From positions 1 through 64,000 of the forward strand of contig JAUGWO010000088.1 in assembly GCA_049724395.1 (NCBI GenBank): a stretch of DNA of 64,000 nt, written 5' to 3'. Both the position numbers and the translations under genes were made by a program. A model generated the notes under the pieces. The model was not told the origin of the DNA. It saw only the letters and a list, made by a program, of their open reading frames with translations, and did not search any database. This document shows positions 24,754 to 38,850 of the stretch, piece after piece. Every line of letters begins with the position of its first letter. The first letter of the stretch is position 1. Source of the DNA: Spongospora subterranea f. sp. subterranea. Lineage: Eukaryota.

Positions 24754-25149
24754 CTAAGGCGGCACATAACACACAGAGACAGCAACCCCCATCACTATCC
24801 CTATACAGCACCCACTCTATCAGCTCATTCCGCTTTCATCACATCATCTGTACCGCCATTACTTATCGTCTTGATCACCGCCTTTCGGCGCTTTATCCTT
24901 CGATGGTGGCTGCTGTTGTGGCTGGTACCCGGGCCCTGGCATCTGCTGCTGCTGATAGGAGGGCATCTGTTGTTGCTGGGGGTAGGCAGGCCCTGGGATT
25001 TGCTGCTGATACATGCCGGGCGCTGGTTGCTGCATGTAGACGACGGGTTGCTGTGCCTGTGCATATCCAGGAGCGGCCATGAACCCAACCTGCCGGAACT
25101 GGCCATCAGGACCTTGTTGGTAGACGGGCTGTTGTCCAGGCGCCATCAT
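24754..25149 (-). CDS. Pro/Gln/Gly/Tyr-rich tail-anchored protein, CYSTM-like
   Basis: MMAPGQQPVYQQ...PQQQPPSKDKAPKGGDQDDK, spliced (GTAATG..ATAG) to VGCCIGIVMGLLSLCYVPP*. The start may lie further upstream (GTGAG..TTTCAG intron at ~25172-25221). Confidence 0.6.
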
Positions 25150-27749
25150 GCCTGGAGGATAGGGGGTGCCTGAAATCATGTCGAATATGCAGGTGTGTGA
25201 TGACCGGATTGTGTACCTCACCCAGCTATCGATCCCTTTGAGGTAGTGTCGGCCAGATCTTCAAATGGATGCCCGGATCTGGTATTGCTCGTGACTCTCA
25301 ATTATGGGCCGCTTTAATGATTAATTCACCTGTTGCCCGAACCTGTCGAAACCTGTGCAATTCTGTCGTTGCACTTTTGTCTTTTTTGATTTTGTATAAA
25401 CAAATGATAATGTTCTGATTTATCAGGTCTAGTTCTAATTCACAGGAGTTCCATTGTCAACTCGCCATTTTCTGTTGAGTTGCAAGGCCTGAGAAGACCC
25501 ACCAATTAGGATACGCTCAAGTTTTTTTTTTTTGGGTTTTCTCATTCAACCGCACTGTATCGAGGCGATTAACGGTAATGGTGAAGACTGTTCAACAATC
25601 ACATCTCATCGGTAGTTTCATTTGATTATTTCATCGTTGGTCATTACGACCAATATCTGTCCGTTTTGTCGTCAATCTACCTAGGACGAAACCGCTCCCA
25701 AATCATTACGTTCATTTTCCTAAAAACGGAACGGTTCCATCGTGTGAAGAACAGTAACTTTGGCCGATCCTGCTGTGGGAACGGCCGCCGATAATGGTCC
25801 TATGGTGATGAACAGGGCGGATTGTTGGACGGATCAGGAACAATAAAGCGCAACACGGTCAACACAGAATTCGATCTCGGCGGAATCTGAGTAGCGAGGA
25901 GTAAAATACTTCATGATCACGGCACTCAAAACAGCAATGAAAAATGTGCCATTGGATCATTTCCAATCTGTTAGATCTGATGATATTGAAGAAAAATGTT
26001 GATATTGACCGAAATGGTCAAAATGAATGAAGGAACGCTGTGTCCTTAGGAGAAACACGATATGCTGTTTATTGTGGGAGTCTGTGATCTCGGTCGGCCG
26101 AACAACACTGATATTCTTCATTAGGTATCGGCGACTAATCACACGAAAACAATATCATCGATATGGAGCGGACGAAGTTATCGAAATGCCTCTTTGAGGA
26201 ACACTCATTGACAGAGGTTGAGGAGGTGGCGTTGGCTAAGAGCATTGCTGAGGAGGCGATGGCCATGATCATTGTCGGGGAGACGGTCACTAAGATCAAT
26301 ACTGTCGTGGCTAATTCTCAACAGCGAAAACGGCAACCAGATGGTCAAACAAGTTCTACACGATCAGGCCTGATATTGACAATGATTGTATAGAATGGGA
26401 GACGGAGCCAGATTCGAAACGGAGCGCGACAGACTCATTGAGGGATTTGGAGACGACAGTAGATGGTGATGTTGAAGAGCCGATTGTCAACAACGATGAT
26501 GACGGTTGGAATAACAATATCATATACTCGTTGATTGGTAAATTAAAGCTCATTCTTTAGTGTTGAACGAGGTTGATCCCGACGTGACGTATTCAGCGGC
26601 GACACATTTGACAGAATCTGTCGACGGTGATCATCATGCAGAGCAGACACTGTACGTGAACGAGAATGATCGTGACGTTCCTCTCTATTAATTGGAGCCC
26701 GATCTTTCTCGATACACATGTTCGAAACCAGCCCATTTCCTACTGATGCTGTAAAATTACGGAACCTGCTCATGACTATGACCTGCTTTTCAACATTCTA
26801 AACCCATTTCTGAGACTAATTGCGCCATCGGTTGTTCATAATCGCTGGCCTTGGGGTGATTGTGTTATATAAACACCCATTTTTTCATAAATGCGGCCAC
26901 GTTCATGAATAGATTCCTAATCTTCTGTTGTTGCCCCGCGTTCTGTACGATGAATTACTGCTGTTGCTCCTTTAAGTGACCAACGCGATCAGCCCAAGAG
27001 GGTCTGTGTCGGCTTAGGAACCTGTGGATTTAGACGAGTAAACCACAACCGCTGCCCCAGCCGATTACACTTCCGACGGTGTAGCTCGCCAACTGGATCT
27101 TCATCGGAATCGTTGGTATTCCGATATCATTAATGAATGATACGTTTTTGGCGCAGAGTTCCTGTTAGCTATCGATGAAGGAGGTATTAGGTCAATTGGA
27201 AACAGATCACGTCGCCTTTCTTGATATTTCCTCCAGATATCCTGATGAGAATGCAGATTATGACGTGTCAGAAATGGAACAATGTTCGATCAGTAGTAGC
27301 ATTCTTCAAAAGACCCATGATTGGACTGTGTCGTTTGAGAACCAAGCATGTGCTACATATTGGCAATACTACTGGCGCGATTGATTAAGTGATGTTGGGC
27401 GATTGCTCTATCAATCGATTCCATATCGGAATTACCATCATTAGTTCTAGATATACTGGTGTCGATAGGACAAACGATGACATTATGGCTTCCGGGCTCC
27501 GAACCGAACGAGAACCCGTATCGAATAGATAGTTCACGTGCTCTTTTCAGACGAACATCAATAATATTGGTTTCAGTATCATTTGCTGCATCAGTATTCA
27601 ACGTTGATTCTTGACGCGCCTATCTTGAGGAAGTGTAATTCCATCAATATTGTCACGATAGAGAGTTGCATGTCGTTGTATTCGTCAAAAAATTTGGGAA
27701 TGATCTTGCTGAAATCGAACGAATCTTCCGAAGGCGTTCAAGACGATCT

Positions 27750-28900
27750 CCGCTGGTTTGAAAAAAAATCACGTCTCTGCTGATCAAGAATCTTCGCTCG
27801 ATGATGTCCCATAATCGATAGCCCTGTTGACGGTCTGCATATCCAACAAACGCACATCGTTGAGCTCTTGCACCAAGGTCTTTCCTCTTTGATCAGTATT
27901 CGATTCCACGAGTCACATCCAAATACTCGAATATGGGATAATTGTGGTTTCCTTTCAAAAAGCCAGGGTTTTCCCTATGGATCGGTGAAATCGACGATTC
28001 AAGAGATAACCTGCCGTATTAACAGCATCGGCTCAGAGCATTTCAGGCAGCTTTGCATTCGGCCTCATCGCCTCCGCTGTCTCCATTATGGCACGATTTA
28101 ATCATTCAGCAACACCATTTGATTCAGGAGATCCGATGATTGATTCCACAAGAACGATAATAATCCTGGATAATTTCCGAACAATATTCACCACCACCGT
28201 CACTCTGAGATCGAATTGGATTGATTCTCTGTGACCCTGATCTAACAGCAAACCTTGGCTGCATCTCAGGCTTCAAGTTGTTCGATCCCTCCGATTATCG
28301 ACTATCTTGTAAAATTATGTCAATAAATATGATGAATTACTTCAATTCTGACTTGAAAGGAAGTGGCAGCGGCCCTTTGTATCGGAGAAGACCAATGTCA
28401 GGGATGTTGAACTCCGTTCTGATGGATTTCGAGCAAGAAATGGTGCTCTAGCCATCTTTGCCAGAATACATGCCTCGCAGGTCTCCTCTTTTCCCCTCCT
28501 TGTTTTGAAGAGTTTATAATTCGGATACCGTTGGAGTGTTCTTCAGCAAGAAGTTCAAAATAGCGATCTTGATGGATGCCCTAATCTCTGGTGCCATCTT
28601 ACCCTGATTCCCGATGAAGTTCGTGCTTGAAAATTTGCCCGAGGCTGTTCAGGTGACACGTTTGTAGTTTTAGTGTCTCGTGTCACCTGATGAACACCCT
28701 CGGGCAAATTTTGCAGCACGAACTCCATCGGGAAGCGGGACAAGGTTGGCACCAGAAATTAGTTGTATTGCCATTTTGACACTCATCGCATGGAATCGAG
28801 TATAAACCATTAATACTTGGAATATGGGTTAGGCCAGTTATAGTATGGACCAAGATAAGTAATTTGGAGGGAAGACATTGATTGGCAGGTTCGACTGTTG
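27750..28900 (-). mobile_element. Decayed Ty1/copia pre-integrase/integrase fragment
   Basis: WHQRLGHPS (~28571-28597), CEACILAKMARAPF, VFSDTKGP, SDGGGEY, NGVAE.LNRAIME, ADAVNTAGYLLNR; many stops and frameshifts. Confidence 0.85.
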
Positions 28901-29279
28901 CTATATACTCATTCATTGAGTCTAACCCTTGCTCTATTGGGAACACGTTCTTGAGTGCGAGATTACATTCCTGAAGACCTGTAGTAGACAACCGCCTCCT
29001 GAGCGCATGCCAACCTTGGTCTGTCGGATCGGTTTCATCACAACAACACTGAAAATATCGTCGGCGACGGATCGTGACAGCGATAGAAGTGGTTGATACA
29101 AACTGCGCGACCCTGGAGTGTACACATAGCCACTCTACATCAGTGCCGTGTTGTGTGTTGATGGGGTCAGGCCAAGACCGGAGAAAAATTGTCCGGGACG
29201 TTATCGCCAGGAGCCCAGGACAGCCTGGTCGGAGTTTTAATTCACTCCGAAATCGTTTCTGGAAACGGCAGCGAAAGGG

Positions 29280-31418
29280 ATGGAGGCTCGTCGTCTGTTT
29301 TCTGGGCAGCAGCGAACAGTCGACGCAGACTCCTCCTTGCCGTTTGTGAACAGGTATCAGCGTCAGTCTGTCAAACCTAGGCGCAAGCTTCCACAATACG
29401 CCCTGATTGTCGTCGCGCTGTTATTGTTTGCTACGACAATATTTCAGGTATGTCACGCTAACTGAAATCGGACAGCGACAATACTGATGCGGTTGCAGCT
29501 AAAACGCATCACACATGTGGCAACGTTCAAGCCAATTTTCTCAGGGAGACCGCAAGATATGGCATTAGTTATTCTGACTCGTAATCGTCCTTTCTACCTG
29601 AAAGCGGTTTTAGATCACGTTTTTCAGCTGCCAAATGACGACCTAACTGCTGTGAAAGTTTATGTATCTCAAGATGGTCTCGACCAAAAAACCGTGGAAC
29701 TCGTGGAACAATATGCCACTAAACTGACTCACATCCGAAGGTCCAATTTCGAAACTGTGAGCTGATCTCCATCGGAAATATGGTCAAGTCTGTGTTGATC
29801 AGATTATTCTCAGGCGTCCACATCGAGTCTATCACGACATATGAAATGGACGTTAGACACGTTATTCTTCGAGAGGCAACATGGGCATGTTATCATTTTA
29901 GAGGACGACCTCATTGTCTCTCCGGATTTCCTGTCCTACTTTCGTTATGCTGCTCCTCTTTTCTTACACGATCCAAGGTTTGTTGTTGTTTTTCTCGGAC
30001 AATCGCCTTGCTGAATTCTCGCTTGTTCAGGCTGTTATGTGTTTCAGCTTTCAATGATAACGGGGTCAAGCGATTTGCTAACGACCCCTCTCGACTGTTT
30101 CTAACAAATTTCTTCCCTGGCCTGTAAGTGCAATTTTTGTTGTCGTTTACAAGACATGAGTTATATTTTCAGTGGATGGATGATTCCAAGATCGATATGG
30201 AAACAGTTATCACCCATATTCCCTGACAATCATTTTGATTGGTGGATGAGGTAGGTAATCTCAACCGGATCCCCGAATTGCCTGACTAGCATTCGTTAGG
30301 TTTGCGTCGGATTTGCAAACGCGGCATTGCTTAGCACCTGAAGTATCAAGGACTCTGCACATCGGCAACGTCGGATTGAACGTTGGGAGAGAACAGTATA
30401 CGGAAGGATTTGTGGATTCAGATTTTTCTGTCAACCAGTCAAGTATTGGGTCGGATGGATTTTATCGCGTAGAACATGTGTTTCTTGGCATGTTGTTCTT
30501 TATGACTAAGCACAGCATTTCAAAATAGGGTGAAGCCAGCGTATCTTTTCCTTCTGTCGAATCAATGGTGCGGTCCGAATACGAAAGCAGATTGACCGAG
30601 AGAATCAACAATGTCGACGCCACAATTGACCCCAACGACTCGGATCAAATTCGACAACTCCTTGTTGATCACAACAATATGCCCGATGAGGGCTCGAACA
30701 AGACTGTTCTGGTGAGTGGGTTTTTCTGCATTGTGTTCCGAATATTGGTTGCAGTGCTTACCTGTTTTTGAATAGATTTTGTTCAAAAATTCTCAGGAAT
30801 TTGATGCTGTTTCGGCCATAATTCCTCTCAATCATGAGAACGAGCGTCGAGGGTTTTATCGAGGTTTCGCTTCTGCCTCGGTCCTCAATTTTCGTCTAAC
30901 ACGATACTTGTTAGGGGTCACTGAATTTACGCTGCCCTTCAATAATGGCCAACTGCTTCTTGCTGACGCTCAGAAATGTGTGTTTTTGGAACCTAAACAT
31001 CGACATGTTCCAGGGAAAGTTATTGCTGCTGTTGCCGGAGATAAAGGGCAATCATGCACTGATGCTTGTGCAGCTAGGCAATTTGTCTGCGATCCAACAA
31101 GGTTTAGAGACGTAGCACTTGGTAAGCCCATAGGTTTATAGTTTTGGGTGATTTATGGTTTTCTCAATCTGGTTCAACCTAGGATCTGTGATTGAGCAGC
31201 ATTTCCCCTGCGAACGTGACATGTGGTAAATACCCTTTGAACGAGAATAGCGCTGAGATTTTGCAGTTGAGCGATTTTCCAGGTCCGTTGATCACAATCC
31301 TGCGAATCCCAGATACGTTCGTGAGGGGACATGCTTTACTTCTTCAGCAGAACACGGCGACTGTGATGCAGTCGACTATTACTCATATCGTTTATGCCCA
31401 TGCTCACCCAAAATATAA
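29280..31418 (+). CDS. GT13-family (GnT-I/POMGNT1-like) N-acetylglucosaminyltransferase with C-terminal Cys-rich domain, multi-exon
   Basis: Type II TM; LVILTRNRP..L; YVSQDG; RHMKWTLDTLF; VIILEDDLIVSPDFLSYF; CVSAFNDNG; FFPGLGWM; PEVSRTLHIG; then GQSCTDAC...FPCE...RLCPC. Confidence 0.85.
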
Positions 31419-33084
31419 ATTCTATTGCAATGCATACCTGGATTTCTGTTGTCTGCGATCAATGGTTACGTGTTTGTGTCTGAGGCCCATCAAACTCGAA
31501 TAGAAGCGCCTTTTGCCACCGATTTATTCATCGGTTCTTCTCAAGAACAGTCTTTAGCGTTATCTATCCGATCACAACAGCACAACAATCTATCCTTTCT
31601 ACGCTCTGCCTGCCGCGCATACTGTTCTTTTAGTGATTGTCGACCAATGAAAACATGTCGTTGCGATTGCCCAGCGGTCGTCTGGATCAACATCCAACGT
31701 CTAACATCTGCTTTCCTGGAATGGACGACACCTACATCTCGAATACACGGAAGGAGAGATTCAATCATGGAAGACAGGCACTTTCCCCAACGAATTCCTC
31801 TCGTAGACAGAGGCACACATACCAGAAGCGGTTCAAAAATACCTGGAAGGCGAAACGGGACTGTGCCTGTCTTTCATGATCGAATCTCTTTTTTCCTTTA
31901 CTCGAGTGCGGTCCTTTCCAGGAAAGCAGATGTTGCTGTAGACGTTGTAAATTGATCCAGACGGCCGCTGGGGCAATCGCAAAGATATGTTCTCATTGAT
32001 CGACAATCACTATTATAATGATATGTGCGGAGAGGATTGATATTGTAACAACAGTGTCAGTATAATTATGTGACAGCAATCAACAGTGACTGTGGATCAT
32101 CGTTACATACTAACGTTACGTTGTGGCTTGTTTATAGAAACATAATTGCATGTTACAATTGCTTCAGACAGGACAGGACGACATGGGACCACGTTGATTC
32201 TGGATAAACGCCTGCGCCGGGATATCCATTCTGATGACTATCAGTGATGGAGATCCAGATGTTTTCTCATCGATAGCACTTCGGTTCATCTTCAATCGCA
32301 TTTCCCTTATCAGTACCCAATCTTCGTCTTTCTCGGGCCACTGTAAAAAAACGGACATTTTGTTCCCCTTGAACGCGAATTTGACGTGATTTTCCATTGA
32401 TCTTATTGGTTGATTCCATCAAAGAATAATGGGTATAAAATCCGGCTTGCATGCTTGTTTAACCTGAATGGGATTATCAACAGTACTGGATCCTGGGTTC
32501 ACAAGCACGTCGATCGAGATGAATGCTCAGGTGTACTCAGGGTTCGCAGCCAGGGTGTTCCACATGTGGCGAGTCGAAACTGCCATAGCGACGATAAGGG
32601 AAACACCAGTTGACCAAAAAGCACTATGTTGATGGATCGGTATACTCTCGTGCCGTCGGTTTGTCTCAATCGAAATCTGACCTTGACTCAGTATCTGATT
32701 ACTATCCCTGTCATACCATCCAGTTTATCACAACATGTGAAATGAACTTGAGAGCAATTACTCTTCGAATGACCGTGAAGAAAATGTGTAATAGGGGATA
32801 GACCTAAATCGTTCCTCCAGATTTACTTGCTAGACAAGTCCACTGTTTTCTAGATCCAGAAACCACTATCAATCGCCTACCAGTAAGATTATCTGGTGGG
32901 CGATCAATCAGGCCGCGGCCGACCACATCGTTTGTAGTATCAGATTGTTGCTTACCGGAAGCCTGATCCGAATATACCACAAAGGAAAATCGAATTTGAA
33001 GTTTCCAGAGACATCATAAAGTCAAGTTGGCCATAACGGCAACCTCCCGTGATATTCTGAACAGGATCGTGATTTTCCGCCGTT

Positions 33085-33489
33085 TTAATGCCGAGAGATG
33101 TAAATATTGCAGTTCTTGAGCATCATCAGGATCGTGTCCAGTATGTTGAAGAATAAATCTGACGAATACACCGGCGGCCTGTGTGATACTTTAATAGCAA
33201 AACTACGAGATGACCATGTCCAGTTTACAGGACGCATTGCTTCGGCACGGCCGTCAATTCTCGTTTTCAGCATCCCCAAAACGTACTGTTTGAGATTACT
33301 AGCAGTCTTGTAGGATCTCCGGCAGACAAACGTTTTGTATGTTTTGATTGTATCGCAGTGAAACCGGTTACTGAACGCGACATACGGAGCGTTGCCGAAA
33401 GAATCCTTCCATGATTCGAATTCTGCTACGCTGGCAAAATTCAAGTGCTGTTCTTGTAGAGGAGATTTTGGATGGAACTGGAGAGTCAA
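33085..33489 (-). mobile_element. Probable Mutator/MULE-type transposase N-terminal remnant
   Basis: FASVAEFESWK...Y...KTFVCRRS, and a frameshifted HTGH motif, resemble the FAR1/WRKY-like N-terminal domain; downstream sequence is degenerate. Confidence 0.4.
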
Positions 33490-34372
33490 ACATTCACGTC
33501 GTTTGATTACAAACTCCGGTCATTTTGCTGAGGCAACCTTTAGAAGATGGCCTTCAGATAAGTCGAAGTTGCCGAGCATCGCCTCGCAATAGAAGCAGCT
33601 GAAGATCTTCTGTTTTGCTGGCTTTGAATTCGAAGCGTATCGGGAGCGGCCGATGGCGTGATAAAGAACCCTCATTTTCAGGAATTTGCCATAATCTGGG
33701 CAAGCTGCTGTTTTATTTTTGCTTCTGTTTGAAGAGCAGATCGCAAGTGGCGCTTATGATTGAACGGTTTTGAGAACGAGCGTCCGCAGGACTGAATGTG
33801 GCAGGAGGACATCCCGGAAGGCGAGTTATTATCGCAAGTCGAGTTTTCGGCGTGACCAGAGACAAGATTGAAGGTTCCTCAAGTTTATTCGATCGACGAA
33901 ATACTCACCGTAGGAAGCAAAACAACTACACACAAAATTATGCCTCACGTGTAGCACCTACTTGTGTTGTCTTGAAGTGAAAATGTGTTGACTTGTGCTG
34001 TCAGTGTGAGTGAACATATGGAAGTGCGTCACATCGCTCACGAGTATACATATGGGAGTGCGCAGCCCCCTCCTCTTTCAAGCAGTCATGATGGAGGCGG
34101 AGGCCTTTCCAGTCGCGCAGGTTTGAGTTTTTTTGCGCTCGGCGATGCTCAGTTTTTAGCTACAGTCGGTTGTGTAACACAGAGTCACAGACAGTCACGT
34201 TGAAGGTTCCGCGGCCTTCCTGATATGCGGGCCCATTAGTGTAGCGCCACCGACACTTGTCAATGACAACATTCAGCGGTGCTGTTTGAAGTGGTGTTCG
34301 GGACCTGATTAAGTCCTCCAACTCGTGCTGAGATATCGCCACCTACCTGTTCGGCGACGTATCGAAATCGGA

Positions 34373-35654
34373 ATGGAACAATGGCCCAAATCGTTATCGC
34401 CATTCGAGGAGGATATCAGAGCCGCTCTACTTCCCGGCTCATCTTCCAGGAACAAAATGGAGATGTGCGCTCGGCTAGAGCTCATGATTGAAAATGAAAG
34501 TCTATCTGAAGCAGATATCGAAGTAATTCGCGATATAGAATCACGACTCGATTTAAGGAAACAAATCCGGCCAGTTCTGAAGTTTTCCACTGCAACCATT
34601 GTCGTTTTAAAAATCATCATTTGTGTTTGCGTCGCGATAATCATCAAGTGCTCCTTTTGAGATCATCGGTAAGAACGCAAAACAAACTGGCTCGTGCTTT
34701 CAATCTTCAACGGTTTCTTGTTTTATTCTAATCAAAACTGCACCATGACTGTGTCTAATTCGTGTTCCTGTCCAGCTTCAGTACTCACTTTATTTAATCC
34801 TATTTGGGCCAAGCTGAACCTCAAAAAGAATAATCTCCCTACGGAGATGCTGCAGTTGTTGACCTTTCGCTGGGGCGCATTGTGCTTCGGTTTGGAGGTT
34901 GGTTCTGTCGCCAGGTTTGTATCTGTTTGTTCAGTCAGCTAGATAGGTTCATGTTGAAGGGAAGAACAACGTTCCTGATGTTCCTGTTGTGTTTATGTAT
35001 TCACATGCCTCGAATCTCGACCCGCTGGCTATCGGTGCCGTTGCTCCATGCCCGTTACGGTTTATCGGAAAGAAAGCCATCTTTTTAATTCCCCTTTTTG
35101 GGTGGTTGTTCATGCTCTATGGTCATATTCCCATCGACAGACACAATCGAGAATCTGCTATCGAATCATTAAAATCTGCTGCGCGCTCCGTTCGTCGTTT
35201 CTAAGGCATCGATCGCTATTAGCCCTGAAGGTTTTCGTCAGCATTGTCGATGCAATTTTCGATGTTGTTAAACGCATCCACAGGGACGAGGAGCGTGACA
35301 GGTCATCTACAGAAGTTCAAAAAAGGTCCATTTCATCTGGCCGCTCATACTCGCATGCCCATTGTCCCAGTCATCATCAACGACGCCTACGATCTGATGC
35401 CGGTTGGGCATATTCTGCCGCACTCTGGTGTTCTCACGATTAGGTACCTGGAGCCGATTATGCCCCCAGAAGGAAATGACCCAATAGATGTCGACCATTT
35501 GTCTCGTACGGTACGAGTGGCGATGCTGCAAGGATTATCGGAGCCGGCCGCAGGTCAAGCTGACGTTTATCTCTTCCACGAGACGTTGGTCACGATTCTC
35601 CCAGCCGCAATCATCATTGTCGCGGCTGCATATTTGTACTTATCAAGAAATTGA
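34373..35654 (+). CDS. 1-acyl-sn-glycerol-3-phosphate acyltransferase (LPAAT/PlsC family); two apparent +1 frameshifts
   Basis: HxxxxD motif SHASNLD; FIGKKAIF.IPLFGW; IPIDR; ISPEGTRS; FKKGPFHLA; PIVPV. Confidence 0.9.
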
Positions 35655-35757
35655 GTGCTATACGATTGCTAAAGAAATAACATTCATTCGGCTTATACAT
35701 TCGAATGTTGTATTGCAATATTGTAGGAAATGGGGTTTTCAGTATTAATCATATCTT

Positions 35758-38701
35758 CTAATCGGAGTCGGATTCGCCACTGGATGCTTCGTCGTCGTCA
35801 TCTTCTTCCGCCAAGTAGTCGAGTAGTGTCGCGATTGACGCCACCAGGTTGGCGTGAACCGCACCCTGGTCAGGTAATGCAGCCCATTCCAAGATGGCGT
35901 CACCCGATATGGCATCCAGTTGATACAACGCTTGCAGCGCAAACGGGAACAGATTCCTGACCAAGGCACATCAGATCAGATATGGAGAATTTCCCGAATC
36001 GACGCTACATGTAGGGTTTGTCTTCGTAAGTGCAAGCGCCGGCTAGCCCCTTGATGAAAAGAAGATAATTCTCGTTTGAGCCTTGGCCGTACTTCTCGAG
36101 TAAGAAGTTCCATTCTTTCAAAAGCCGACTCAACGATTTGAGCACCGGGTTGGAAGGACGGACATCGCCTTCCGGGGTGGGATCGATCAGATCGAATACC
36201 GATACGAATACGCATAAGGCATATGTTGACAGGCTTGCGTTATCGGCAATTTTGAGGTTTGCCACCTGTTTATGGAGCAATGAGTCTCCAAAACCCAACA
36301 GATTTCGGAATAAACCAGACCTCAAGTAAAATGTCGTCTTTGTCCGCGATGTTCTGTTCTTTGCAACGCGCAATGGTATCCTTGATCTCTCGATATAGGA
36401 CTCCAACGTTGTAGCTTTCCTCGTCCCAGTTGGAAGCGTCTGCACCGCCGATCTCGAGGTCGGTGCCGGTTTCCTCTTCCGCCTCGCTTCCAAAAGTCAA
36501 CACCGATTCGTTGTCGTCTTCTACGCTTTCCAGATACCCGATCCGTTCGTCCTACGCAGCGATTACAATGGTCAGCAACACCCACAATAAAACACGTCCA
36601 CAAATGGGGTACTCTGAAAGCAAGTGCTGCTTCGTCCGACGCGAGCGAGTTGCTCGATATTCGCGCTAGCCTCAATTTCTCAATTTGATAAGCTGGGAGG
36701 TTTTCTTCCTCATCTTCATACAATTCTACAACAAAATCGTCGTCATCGGGCACATAAACAATCCCAGCCCCTAGTGACTCTCGAGATCAGCAGAGAGTGA
36801 GCAATCGATCGTGAAAGTTCAAACACACCACCAACGCCGAGATCAATCGGCCGAACTGCATCAGCGCAGTCTAGCGCAAGCTGATTCAATCCATCACCTG
36901 TATTTTACGTCAATTATGCAAACGTCACAAACGATAACAGCAATTACCAATGCTGTATTCACCCGAACAGCGACTTTGGATGGGGATCCACAACGACGTG
37001 TAGGGCGGAATCTGAACCCCTCGACCAATCCGAACGCCTTCACCAATTACGGCGCCTATATATGAAAAAGGGAAACCATTCAGAGATGACAATGCGCCGA
37101 CGAACGGGAAACCCAACCCCTGCCGATATTGGCATCGCTACCAATAATGACGTTATGGGAGATGATTGCCCTGTCAATAACTGCTCGATCACCGACATTG
37201 GTTCCCGACCAAAGATAACTGCCTAATTCCATGAATTGATTACTAGTTCATGGGTTCGGCAGCGATAACCAACTGCACCTTTGCAATAGACGTCGTCTCC
37301 AATTAAGACATTTCTATCCAAAACGGTATCCTCTAGATATGTTCGGGCGCCGACGACACAACCTCCACCGATAACACTGTTCTTCTTCATCACACTGGAT
37401 TGAGCAATTCTCGGGTTTGCTAACACTCCCGATGGGGATTCCTTGAAGATGTTCAACCGCTGGCTGGTATAGGTTGGCCCCGGTCCATGGCCATCAACCG
37501 CAAACCTGCAATTGCCGATCAGATTCAAAAAAATGGGTGAGAGCAGTGGGTCTGATTTCAATACCCGAACGCCCATCGCTCAATGATATCCCTGCTGACG
37601 GCGTCATAAGCTTTAATGCAATCAACGCGCGCAGCGTATTGATCGTTTATCACATGGGCAAACACAGATGTGCCCATAATTGACGCGCCCAGAACCTACC
37701 AACAAATTTTGAAAAACAATCAAAATAGAGTTTGTCAAATGTCCTCAAACCTGGGAGAAAAAGTCCACTTCGATGTTTTGCAAATCAAACTGGTCGTTGA
37801 ACAGAGTAAGCACGTTGGGCGAGCAAACATATATACAGGTGTTGAGCATGTTGGAGTGAAAATTCACAAACGCGTTGTCGATCATAACATCAATATCCGA
37901 GATGACACTGCATTTGCTAGATTCGGCATTTCGATATGCTAATAACTTATTGGATTCCGACGCGATTGCGACCACTAGATTATCGTTGTCTGGCGCGAAA
38001 AAAAAGATTTAGAACCAAATTCGTGAAACATTTCGTTCATATATTCACCAGGTCGGATACGATGTTTTCTTGAAGCTGGTTTCAGCAGGACGGTCATAAC
38101 CGCATCGGGGTCGGTGGCGGCGCGTTTGGCATGATCGGCAATGATTGGCGCCATATCGATGTCCGCAACCGTATCAGCGCCTGTTGACCGTGTTAGCGAT
38201 GAAACCAAAAATCGAAAGAGGATTTGCTGAGGGAAACTACCCATGAATATGAACGGATCCGATCGGATGATCTCCAACTGATGGACGTGCCTTAAAACAT
38301 CGCCAACGCTGGAGCACGATTCGTTGACCATCAGGATCGTCATTCGCATCGATGGGAACGACGCCCTCATCTGCTGGCAATGCTCCCGGATCATGGCCGG
38401 GAACGCTCGCACCACAATAAACGCCTCATTCACCCCAGATCGATGCAAGAAATGTCTACGATATAGAGAACGTGTGAGCGCAAGCGATTACTTTGAACAA
38501 CGCGCGCGCGTATTACAGAGCGTATGTGATCAGTGGCAGATTAACTAAAGGTAGAAGCGCTTTCGGACGAGTCTTGGTTAACGGGGAAAATCGGCGATAG
38601 AAACTATCAGCGAGAACCAGCGCCTGAAGAGGAACCTCGGCCTTTAGATCCGACTGGCTCGACTTGCCCGACGACCCGGCGCTCTTCTTCCGCCGGCTCA
38701 T
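35758..38701 (-). CDS. EIF2B5: Translation initiation factor eIF2B epsilon subunit, multi-exon
   Basis: LQALVLADSF..RFSPLT..RPKALLPLVN; SVGDVLR; IYVCSPNVLTLFNDQFD; YAARV...YDAVSRDIIERW; hexapeptide repeats; C-terminal W2 domain LQALYQLDAISGDAILEW. Confidence 0.93.
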
Positions 38702-38850
38702 GGTCTGGCGCTAACGTTGGTCTCCTGATCCAGTCTGATTCTCCGGACCACCGCAACTTCCCACACACCGCTACACATGGCGTAAATATCGCCCGATCGA
38801 TATGTTTTATTGCCGGCTGACTACCGGTTAGTACAGTATGGCGGGAACGA

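Noticed and set aside
26160..26480. Possible retrotransposon gag/zinc-knuckle remnant on the plus strand (HDHCRGDGH.DQYC)
   Set aside because: First Cys is absent, there is an internal stop, and no clear protease motif follows.
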